A stretch of DNA of 40,612 bases from Candidatus Woesearchaeota archaeon (GCA_009691355.1 SICW01000001.1:1-40612); one strand, 5' to 3'. Shown: positions 25,842-33,186, counted from the first letter of the stretch. The notes: generated from the letters alone by a model not told the origin. Program-made: numbers and translations.

Positions 25842-25866
25842 CGCGGAGGTCTGCCAGGTGTCCAGG
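25842..25866 (+). repeat. GC-rich 25-nt element, copy 2
   Basis: CGCGGAGGTCTGCCAGGTGTCCAGG abuts the stop codon of the minus-strand gene 25868..26245. A TTATA sits 7 nt upstream, as in copy 1. Confidence 0.6.
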
Positions 25867-25867
25867 G

Positions 25868-26245
25868 TTAAACTCCGAAGTTTTCTTGTAAGAACATAAG
25901 CATATTTTTATTATCTAAAATCTCAAAAAGCATCTTTGCCTGTTGCCCTTTTCCTTGGTTCATACATTCATGTGCACAGGCTTCCATTCTTCTTCGATCT
26001 TGCGAAAATTTATAGAAATATGCTGCATCAGGGAAACGTCCTTGTTTTGCTAACCAATCACCGGAAGCGAGGAGTTCTTCTTTTAAGCCAGCTTTTGCGA
26101 AAGCTTTACCCGATTCTTCAAATAGGGATTCCTTGAATAAAATTGTTCCTGCTTCAAGAAGTGTCTTTTTTCTAATGCTTTCAGGGATTTCTACATTATC
26201 CACACCCTTGGACATAATGAGTTTTGTGATTATTCCATATTCCAT
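25868..26245 (-). CDS. Hypothetical small helical protein
   Basis: 125 aa with an ATG start. The helical-repeat-like sequence reads GKAFAKAGLKEELLASGDWLAKQGRFPDAAYFYKFS. It is divergent from the PLP-enzyme gene. Confidence 0.45.
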   Translation of the reverse strand: MEYGIITKLIMSKGVDNVEIPESIRKKTLLEAGTILFKESLFEESGKAFAKAGLKEELLASGDWLAKQGRFPDAAYFYKFSQDRRRMEACAHECMNQGKGQQAKMLFEILDNKNMLMFLQENFGV

Positions 26246-26285
26246 AGGTTTTCTTTATAATTTGCTCTTAAAAAGGATTATTGCA

Positions 26286-27149
26286 GTGGAAGATACTTTT
26301 AAAAAGACTCTTTTTCTTTTTCTTGCTGTGGAAGACCTAGAAACACTTACAAAGAAAATTGATCAAAAACTACGCACACTTACCAGACATGAGCATGTGC
26401 ACCTTACGGATAGAGGGAACTCTGCAATTTTCCTTGCTATGCATATTGCAAAAAAAATGAATCCCAAAGCAGACATTCTTATTCCAGATCAAGGAGGATG
26501 GTTTTCTTATAAAGGATATCCACAGTTCTTCGGCTTTAATATCGTCGAAGTAAAAACAGACTATGGGATTATTGATTTGAAAGATTTAAAGAGAAAGGCA
26601 AAGACTGGATCTTGTTTCATCTTTAGCTCTTTTGCAGGATATTTTGCTGAACAACCTTTACGAAAAATTAAAACGATTTGCAAGAAAGCAGGTTGCCTTA
26701 TGATTGAAGATGCTTCTGGTGCGATTGGAGATACGAAACTCTGTAATGGAAATTACTCCGATATTATTGTAGGAAGTTTTGGAAAGTGGAAACCTGTAGA
26801 ATGTGGCTATGGTGGATGGATTTCTGTGAAGAGTAAAGAATATTTTGATGTTGCACAGGAAGCTCTCTCCATTACAAAAGTACACCCTCAGTTTTATCGA
26901 GAGATTGGAGAAGCATTAAAAAATAATAAATTCAAAAAATTGCTTGCATTACAGAACACAGTAAAACAGGAACTGAAAGATTTTGAGGTATTACATCGAG
27001 ATTCACGAGGATTAAATGTGGTAGTGAAGTTTGACCCTAGAGTTCTTGCGTACTGTATAGAAAAAAAATACCCTTATGTCCTTTGCCCTAGTTATATTCG
27101 TGTCAATGAAAGGGCTGTTTCTATCGAGTTGAAACGATTGTCCTTCTAG
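26286..27149 (+). CDS. PLP-dependent (fold-type I, aminotransferase-class-like) enzyme, short form
   Basis: It has TDRGNSAIFLAMHIA, ILIPDQGGW, MIEDASGAIGD and GSFGKWKP (a candidate PLP lysine). The start is uncertain: GTG at 26286, 25 nt after a TTTATAAT box, or GTG at 26328. The ORF-track start at 26133 overlaps the divergent gene. Confidence 0.5.
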   Translation: MEDTFKKTLFLFLAVEDLETLTKKIDQKLRTLTRHEHVHLTDRGNSAIFLAMHIAKKMNPKADILIPDQGGWFSYKGYPQFFGFNIVEVKTDYGIIDLKDLKRKAKTGSCFIFSSFAGYFAEQPLRKIKTICKKAGCLMIEDASGAIGDTKLCNGNYSDIIVGSFGKWKPVECGYGGWISVKSKEYFDVAQEALSITKVHPQFYREIGEALKNNKFKKLLALQNTVKQELKDFEVLHRDSRGLNVVVKFDPRVLAYCIEKKYPYVLCPSYIRVNERAVSIELKRLSF

Positions 27150-27158
27150 AGTAGCAAC

Positions 27159-27168
27159 ATTTATATAG
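27159..27168 (+). promoter_or_regulatory. TATA box ATTTATATAG
   Basis: It ends 22 nt upstream of the ATG at 27190, which is leaderless geometry. Confidence 0.45.
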
Positions 27169-27189
27169 TTCCTTTCTTGGTTGATTATA

Positions 27190-27996
27190 ATGAACATCCA
27201 CGTACTCACAGAAAGGAAGGGCTCAAACCCTGGAGGAAAAGTCCACTTAGACTTAGGTCAGAGGAAGGGGGATTATTACTTTAAGTACTGCGTGGGAAAT
27301 AAGTCCGGTGAAGAAAGACTCCTTGCTGAACACCAACCGATATATGAAGCTGCTACCCTTGCTTGGACTGAACATATAGGACTTCACGTACCTACATTTT
27401 TTGTTCTTGTAAGAAACTCCCCCATGACTTTTTCTTATCGAACACCCGTACCGCGTTTAGATGCACAGAAGCCATATTATTTGCTTTCTCAGCTTGTGGA
27501 ATTACCTTGCGAAGTGGATGAGAAAAGACTGAGTGAAATTCTTGCTAAAGAGAAAGTGTATAGAGACTGCCTTGGAATTACGGATGTTTCTGGAAAAAGA
27601 CAAAACTATACCCACATACACAATGAAGCAGAGGATTATGCACTCTATATTGATCTAGGTTGTAGCTTTGTTCATGCGGTTGGAGGATTTATTATAAGAC
27701 GTAAACATAGTGCACCACCTGCAAAACGTGAACGAAAAAGAATGGAAAAAGCTTTGCAAGAACATGCACTTGAGACTCCGAGGGGAGAATTATTACGATT
27801 TTCAGAAGTCTATGAGCTTCTCTTTCAAACACCTATTCCTCTTGTGGATACCCAACGGGGTGTACTACGAAAAGGGACACTAGAATCTTTGTTACATCCA
27901 GATGAACAAGAATGCATCAGAGAAATAGTCTTCACAGAAATATATGAAACTCTTAAGAGACATAAAAAACTACATTCTCCTAAAATTATTTTTTAG
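27190..27996 (+). CDS. Atypical protein-kinase-fold (PI3/4-kinase-like layout) protein, putative
   Basis: The ordered motifs are a Gly-rich loop KGSNPGGKV, Lys in YYFKY, Glu in IYEAATLAW, a hinge-like YLLSQLVE, ITDVSGKRQN (Asp...Asn) and YIDLGCSF (DFG-like). Confidence 0.35.
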   Translation: MNIHVLTERKGSNPGGKVHLDLGQRKGDYYFKYCVGNKSGEERLLAEHQPIYEAATLAWTEHIGLHVPTFFVLVRNSPMTFSYRTPVPRLDAQKPYYLLSQLVELPCEVDEKRLSEILAKEKVYRDCLGITDVSGKRQNYTHIHNEAEDYALYIDLGCSFVHAVGGFIIRRKHSAPPAKRERKRMEKALQEHALETPRGELLRFSEVYELLFQTPIPLVDTQRGVLRKGTLESLLHPDEQECIREIVFTEIYETLKRHKKLHSPKIIF

Positions 27997-28013
27997 ATAT
28001 TTAGTTGAGGAAA

Positions 28014-28023
28014 ATTTATATAG
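28014..28023 (+). promoter_or_regulatory. TATA box ATTTATATAG
   Basis: It ends 24 nt upstream of the ATG at 28047. Confidence 0.45.
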
Positions 28024-28046
28024 CTACAGATTTTCTTAGACGTACA

Positions 28047-28763
28047 ATGAACTTCATCAGAAAAATTGCAGAAGGGAAAAGTGACGAATGGACGAAAAGA
28101 CAATTCACTCGTTATGGTATGGGGACATATGAACAAAAAGCACTTCTTCAAATAAGTAAAGGAAAAAAGGGAGGAAAAATTTCTTCCAGTTTTGAATTTG
28201 CTCCAGACTTTGCGTATGCACTTGCAGAAAGTGTGAAAAATAAAGTACAGGTCACTGGAGGTATTATTACCAAACAAAAGCTTACAGAAGAGGATGCGGG
28301 CTTTCCTTTTGCAGGGATGAAGCAATTTGCTGGTGTGAAAACATATTTGATTGATACTGATCTTACCAAAGCACAGATTCAAGGACTCTTTGGAAAATAT
28401 TCTTCTGGGCTTGTCCTTCTTTCTTTCAAAACAGATATGGGAGAATTAAAAACAAAAGTAAAAAGTCCTAAGTCTACGAAAGCAAAGATTGAGGGAGAAA
28501 ATGCAGAATTACCTAAGGCTGATTTTTGTAGTTTTAAAACAACAGATATGAAAATTCTAGAGGATTATGCATTTGATGTGGCGAAAGATTTTACGAAGGT
28601 GTTTATTATGCATAGTTTTGTTATTGAAAGTTTAGAGATTCCTAAACAATATGAGAAAGACTTTGTACTTGCTCGGCTTCATGCACTCAGAAAGGGAAAA
28701 TTAATAAGGGAGATTCACCTAGGAGAGAAGAAGATTGGCAAAGAATACACACTCTCGGTCTAA
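28047..28763 (+). CDS. Hypothetical protein (orphan)
   Basis: 238 aa from MNFIRKIAEGKSDEW. The ORF-track TTG start at 28005 would include the TATA box. I recognised no family motif. Confidence 0.5.
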   Translation: MNFIRKIAEGKSDEWTKRQFTRYGMGTYEQKALLQISKGKKGGKISSSFEFAPDFAYALAESVKNKVQVTGGIITKQKLTEEDAGFPFAGMKQFAGVKTYLIDTDLTKAQIQGLFGKYSSGLVLLSFKTDMGELKTKVKSPKSTKAKIEGENAELPKADFCSFKTTDMKILEDYAFDVAKDFTKVFIMHSFVIESLEIPKQYEKDFVLARLHALRKGKLIREIHLGEKKIGKEYTLSV

Positions 28764-28773
28764 GAAAGAAGAA

Positions 28774-29019
28774 GTGAAAAAAGAGCACGTTGTTGTACGT
28801 GCAAGTAGAGCTGTGTATTATGTTCTAGGGGCATTCTTTGAAGCTCTGACTAGCGATTTTCCGAGTAATGTACGAAAGAGGTATGCACGACCCCGAGATG
28901 AATATGTTGAGGTTAAAGTTCCTCGAGGGTATAAAGATACGAAAGGTGGACCAGAGTATAAAGACCTCTCTTCTACGAACGAATTCTCTGATTTTGGTGG
29001 TTTGCCTGGTTTTAAGTAG
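28774..29019 (+). CDS. Hypothetical small protein (weak call)
   Basis: The open frame 28735..29019 overlaps the upstream stop. A GTG at 28774 preceded by GAAAGAAGAA is a possible start. It could also be non-coding. Confidence 0.3.
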   Translation: MKKEHVVVRASRAVYYVLGAFFEALTSDFPSNVRKRYARPRDEYVEVKVPRGYKDTKGGPEYKDLSSTNEFSDFGGLPGFK

Positions 29020-29048
29020 CTACTTTTAAGGAGTTACAAAAAGGGAAG

Positions 29049-29058
29049 ATTTATATAG
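29049..29058 (+). promoter_or_regulatory. TATA box ATTTATATAG
   Basis: It ends 22 nt upstream of the ATG at 29080. Confidence 0.45.
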
Positions 29059-29079
29059 TCTTTTTTATGCTTAAATGGT

Positions 29080-29982
29080 ATGGTAAGCTCAAAAGTTGTG
29101 AAATGCCCTGGCCGTTTTAGCCAAACAAGAGAGAAGGTCTTTGAAGCAGTAGATGTTGCTTTAGAAGGAAGAATAAATGTCACTGAACATGACCTCGCAA
29201 CAGTGTGGGATCTCATTTCAGGAGACTTAGCTGGCCTTGATGGGAGAGATCCTTATTATGAGCCAACAGAAGATGTAAGTAGAACTCCTCCCCATGATAA
29301 TTACCTTTCTCTTGTTCCTCTTTTTCCAAGCACTTATACTTTGACACCAGAGATTCGAGAGAAACATGCACTTTCTCGAGGAGTCGATCCACGTATTGCA
29401 ATACAACTAGCGGCTATGGCTAGCTCTGGAAGAAATTTTTTTACAGGGCAATTAGGAAAAGATGCTGCTAAACTTCACGTTGATAAAAATGTTACTCTTT
29501 CAGGATATGTTATTGGATCAAATGTAGGAGTTGGTACATTATCAGATGGTGGACCAGAAGGAGGAGGCACACGATCCGACTCTCCTTATCTTATTGAAAT
29601 TTCTAAAAGAGAAGGAAGAGGGAGAGATGAAAGATTAAACCTGGCAGCAGTTGTAGGTTTCTGGGCTGAAGGAGATACCATGCTTGTTTCCCAAATGCAA
29701 TCTTGTAAAAATGCAACCCTTCCGGAAGGGCCGTACTTTGGATTAACTTGTGTTACTATTGCTGAGCGTGTTGCTCGTGAAATAGGATTTGAAAAAATAG
29801 CACTTTATACTGGAAGAGCGCACCCTTATTTCCTTGAACACCATGAGAGTTGGGCTAGAATGGGACAGCTCTTTGTTTGTATGTGGGATGGCTCAGCAAA
29901 AAAACTAGGATTTGATGGATCTCGAGTTCAAACGAGGACTTATACAAAAACTATTGGAACCGGAATTCGGGAGCGACTTTAG
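29080..29982 (+). CDS. Orphan protein, paralog A (unique N-domain plus GNAT-like C-terminal half)
   Basis: It shares VKC.GRF, DPY, LVPLFPS, TLSGY, G.G.RSDSP.LIEI, EGRG and L.SQ.Q.C.NA.LP with the next gene. The C-terminal pattern is strand, Q..., helix, GF..., HP.F, KK.G. That pattern resembles an acyl-CoA N-acyltransferase fold. Confidence 0.55.
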   Translation: MVSSKVVKCPGRFSQTREKVFEAVDVALEGRINVTEHDLATVWDLISGDLAGLDGRDPYYEPTEDVSRTPPHDNYLSLVPLFPSTYTLTPEIREKHALSRGVDPRIAIQLAAMASSGRNFFTGQLGKDAAKLHVDKNVTLSGYVIGSNVGVGTLSDGGPEGGGTRSDSPYLIEISKREGRGRDERLNLAAVVGFWAEGDTMLVSQMQSCKNATLPEGPYFGLTCVTIAERVAREIGFEKIALYTGRAHPYFLEHHESWARMGQLFVCMWDGSAKKLGFDGSRVQTRTYTKTIGTGIRERL

Positions 29983-30016
29983 AAACGTTTAAAATTAGGA
30001 GATAAAAATCATAACA

Positions 30017-30898
30017 ATGCCAGGCGAAAGAAAATCTGTGAAGTGTGAAGGAAGATTTCCTGAACTGAGAGAATATCTTTTTGGCACGCCAGTAGATATG
30101 GTTCTTGGTGAAAGAAAAACTGTTAGTGCCAAGGATCTTGATGACCTTTGGAGTTTGATTAAAGGAGATATCTACCAACATGATCTTAAAGACCCTTACT
30201 TTATGTCTCACTGTGATCTCGCAAGAAAGCAACCAGAACTACACCCTTATGCTCTTGTTCCCCTTTTTCCTTCTCCGGATTATATTCTTGCAGTACAATT
30301 GGTACAGCTATATACAATGAGCTTAGGTGTTTCATTTACTGTTTCTGAAAAAATGGAGGGAATGGCTCGACTCCCAGAACGGTTTCTTCTTGAAGAACTT
30401 AAACTTGAACCAAGATTAATTGAATTCCCAAATAGGGCTACACTCTCTGGATATGATTTACATACACATTTTGGAATTGGGACTATTAGCCTAGGTGGTG
30501 TAGAGGGATCTGGTATTCGTTCTGATTCACCTCATCTTATTGAGATTTATAGAAAAGAAGGAAGAGGTCAAAGAAATCTTGCTGGAGTTGTAGGTTTCTT
30601 GGTTCAAGATGAGGATATGCTTATCTCCCAAATACAAGCATGTAGAAATGCAGCTTTACCTAGTGGAGTTCCCTTAGGAGTTGGCTCTATTATTACTGCA
30701 GAACATATTGCGAAAACTCTCGGTTTTAAAAGAATGAAAATTTATACTGCTCGAGGTCACCCACATTTCAAAAAAGACCCTAACTCTTGGAGGAGAATGG
30801 GTAAGGAGTTTATAGAAATATTTGATACTTCCGTAAAAAAAATTGGAGGATATAAAGGTGATGGTGAAAAAGATCAAGTTTTTACAAAAACGCTCTAA
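30017..30898 (+). CDS. Orphan protein, paralog B of 29080..29982
   Basis: It is co-linear with paralog A along its full length, at very roughly 40-50% identity by eye in the C-terminal ~150 aa. An AGGAG lies 16 nt upstream of the ATG. Confidence 0.55.
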   Translation: MPGERKSVKCEGRFPELREYLFGTPVDMVLGERKTVSAKDLDDLWSLIKGDIYQHDLKDPYFMSHCDLARKQPELHPYALVPLFPSPDYILAVQLVQLYTMSLGVSFTVSEKMEGMARLPERFLLEELKLEPRLIEFPNRATLSGYDLHTHFGIGTISLGGVEGSGIRSDSPHLIEIYRKEGRGQRNLAGVVGFLVQDEDMLISQIQACRNAALPSGVPLGVGSIITAEHIAKTLGFKRMKIYTARGHPHFKKDPNSWRRMGKEFIEIFDTSVKKIGGYKGDGEKDQVFTKTL

Positions 30899-30899
30899 C

Positions 30900-31112
30900 T
30901 TATTTCACTGCTTCTTTAATATCTACAGCTTTGATTGTTTTTCTTCCCGCATGCTGTGCAAAACGTAAAGACTTCTCACCAATCTTTATCACCTGCTCTT
31001 CAAGATATTCTGCAAGCTTTTCTTTTGCATCATCTGAAACACGCTGCGCACCAGCTTTCTTGAGAAGCTTTTCCATTGCTGAAGCAGAAATAATTGCTTT
31101 TCTTTGGGCCAT
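30900..31112 (-). CDS. Archaeal histone (HMf family)
   Basis: 70 aa. The histone-fold pattern is AQRVSDDAKEKLAEYLEE...AQHAGRKTIKAVDIKEAVK. Confidence 0.85.
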   Translation of the reverse strand: MAQRKAIISASAMEKLLKKAGAQRVSDDAKEKLAEYLEEQVIKIGEKSLRFAQHAGRKTIKAVDIKEAVK

Positions 31113-31196
31113 ATTTTTTTCATAGGAAGAGTATTATTTAAATGTTCCCCCTCGAGAAAGACTAATCTACATACTCTAGCACATACTATTTCGAAA

Positions 31197-31396
31197 CATT
31201 TATAAGGAGACGGATTTTTTCTCGTTACATCAAAATGCTTTCGGAGGATTGCATTTAATACTCTTAACCTATGAGGAGTTCACACCCATGTGTCGAACGA
31301 CAGAACGGATGTTCTGATTCTCAAAAAGGCGAGCGCAGGTTCGACGTCTATAAACCTGCTGTCTGAAAAGACAAGTATTTCGTTACATTTGAAGAA
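31197..31396 (+). promoter_or_regulatory. TATA box plus candidate structured 5' leader (or small RNA) upstream of rpl3
   Basis: A CATTTATAAGG box lies at 31197-31207. Four hairpins follow: AAATGC/GCATTT (31233-31256), CAGAAC-GGAT-GTTCTG (31301-31316), GCAGGTT/AACCTGC (31335-31359) and TGTC/GACA (31360-31373). A TCGTTACAT direct repeat sits at 31222-31230 and 31380-31388. Confidence 0.35.
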
Positions 31397-32365
31397 ATGG
31401 GACACAAACACCACCCACGAAGAGGAAGTTTACAATTTTGGCCACATGCCCGAAGTAGTAAGCATGCTCCAAGAATACGAAGTAAAGTAGAGTCTAGAGA
31501 TAAAAAAATCCTTGGTTTCTTAGGTTATAAAGTTGGAATGACACACCTGCTTATCAAAGAAACAAATACAAACTCTCATAGAAAAAATATGGATATCTTC
31601 ACACCTGTTACTGTTATTGAATGTCCTCCACTAAAAGTGTATTCTATTCGTTATTATGCACAACAAGAAGATGGTGAACTACGTCTGGTTTCTGAAGTCT
31701 TTTCAAAAAAAGTGGATAAAGAACTTACAAGAAAAATACGACCATCCAAGAAGGAAAATGTTGCACCAGCACATTTTGATGCTCTCAAAGTTACAGTCTA
31801 TACACAACCTAAACTTACAGGTATTGGTAAAAAGAAACCTGATATGGTAGAATTCAGCGTTGGTGGAAAAGACTTGCAAGAAAAGTCTGCATTTGCACAA
31901 AGCCTTCTTGATAAAGAAATCAAAATTTCGGATGTATTCAAAGAAACACAATTTGTTGATGCTCATGCTGTTACCAAAGGAAAAGGATTTTCAGGAGTAG
32001 TAAAAAAATTCGGAGTCAAACCTTTACAACACAAAGCAGAAAAGGCACGAAGAAAAGTAGGTACTCTTGGATCTTGGCACCCTAACAAAGTTCTTTACAG
32101 TGTTGCACAGTGTGGAAAGTGGGGATATCACTTACGAACAGAATATAATAAAATGACACTTAAAATTGGAAGTAATCCTAAAGATATTAACCCGAAGGGA
32201 GGATTCGTTCGCTATGGCTTTGTAAAAAATGACTATCTTCTTGTGAAAGGATCTATTGCAGGACCAAACAAAAGACCAATTGCATTCTCTGATGCTATTC
32301 GAATCAAAAAGAAGGCTGTAAGTGGACCTATTGGCTATGTTAGTGTGGAGTCTAAACAACGATGA
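31397..32365 (+). CDS. rpl3: Ribosomal protein uL3
   Basis: The MGHKHHPRRGSLQFWPHARS N-terminus is typical. It is the first gene in the conserved L3-L4-L23-L2-S19-L22-S3 order. Confidence 0.95.
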   Translation: MGHKHHPRRGSLQFWPHARSSKHAPRIRSKVESRDKKILGFLGYKVGMTHLLIKETNTNSHRKNMDIFTPVTVIECPPLKVYSIRYYAQQEDGELRLVSEVFSKKVDKELTRKIRPSKKENVAPAHFDALKVTVYTQPKLTGIGKKKPDMVEFSVGGKDLQEKSAFAQSLLDKEIKISDVFKETQFVDAHAVTKGKGFSGVVKKFGVKPLQHKAEKARRKVGTLGSWHPNKVLYSVAQCGKWGYHLRTEYNKMTLKIGSNPKDINPKGGFVRYGFVKNDYLLVKGSIAGPNKRPIAFSDAIRIKKKAVSGPIGYVSVESKQR

Positions 32366-33186
32366 AATCAGCAGTTATAGGAATGGATGGGAAAAAAGGA
32401 AAAGATGTTTCTCTTCCTATTCAGTTTTCTGAAGACTTTAGGCCTGACTTAATTAAAAAAGCTGTGCTTGCACAACAATCTCATTCTATTCAACCTACAG
32501 GAACAAGTCCTTTAGCAGGACTGCGACAATCTTCTTTTATTACAAAACGAAGAAAGCATTACAAAACAACATATGGGCGAGGACAGTCTCGAACACCAAG
32601 AAAAATTCTCTCTAGAAAGGGAATGAATTTCCATTATGTTGGAGCAGTTGCACCAAACACTGTTGGAGGAAGAGTTTCTCATCCGCCTAAAGCAAGCAAA
32701 ATCTGGGACTTGAAAATGAATGTGCAAGAAAGAAGAAAAGCTATTCGAAGTGCTATTGCAGCAACTATGAATCCAGAGCTTGTAAAAAGAAGAGGGCACA
32801 CCGCAGAATCATTTGTTGTTGAACAAAAAATTGAAGATCTTAAAAAAGCAAAAGATGTGTATGAATTCCTTGCAAAAGCAGGGCTTGAAAAAGAATTAAA
32901 AAGAATTGCTGAAAAGAAAATTAGAGCAGGAATAGGAAAAACGAGAGGAAGACCTTATAGAAAGAAAAAAGGGCCACTCTTTGTTGTTTCTAAAAAATGT
33001 GCTCTTCTTACTGCAGCAAGAAATCTTCAAGGAATTGAAGTGTGTATTGTTAAAAATCTAAATGCAGAACTCCTTGCGCCAGGTACAAATGCTGGAAGAC
33101 TCACTGTATGGTCTGATAAAGCGCTGGATGTTATGGATAAAGAAAAGCTATTCTTTGCTTCTGTGAAGAAGGAGAGTAAAAAATGA
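32362..33186 (+). CDS. rpl4: Ribosomal protein uL4
   Basis: It overlaps rpl3 by ATGA. It has GRGQSRTPR and KTRGRPYRKKKGPL, and the operon position fits. Confidence 0.9.
   Translation: MKSAVIGMDGKKGKDVSLPIQFSEDFRPDLIKKAVLAQQSHSIQPTGTSPLAGLRQSSFITKRRKHYKTTYGRGQSRTPRKILSRKGMNFHYVGAVAPNTVGGRVSHPPKASKIWDLKMNVQERRKAIRSAIAATMNPELVKRRGHTAESFVVEQKIEDLKKAKDVYEFLAKAGLEKELKRIAEKKIRAGIGKTRGRPYRKKKGPLFVVSKKCALLTAARNLQGIEVCIVKNLNAELLAPGTNAGRLTVWSDKALDVMDKEKLFFASVKKESKK

Noticed and set aside
28735-28773. Programmed frameshift fusing 28047..28763 with the 28735..29019 frame.
   Set aside because: There is no slippery heptamer or downstream structure in the 29-nt overlap. Overlap of adjacent frames is common in this compact genome.
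31290-31490. ORF overlapping the rpl3 start.
   Set aside because: It starts on GTG inside the hairpin-rich leader and runs out of frame into rpl3. The region is better explained as untranslated leader plus the uL3 N-terminus.
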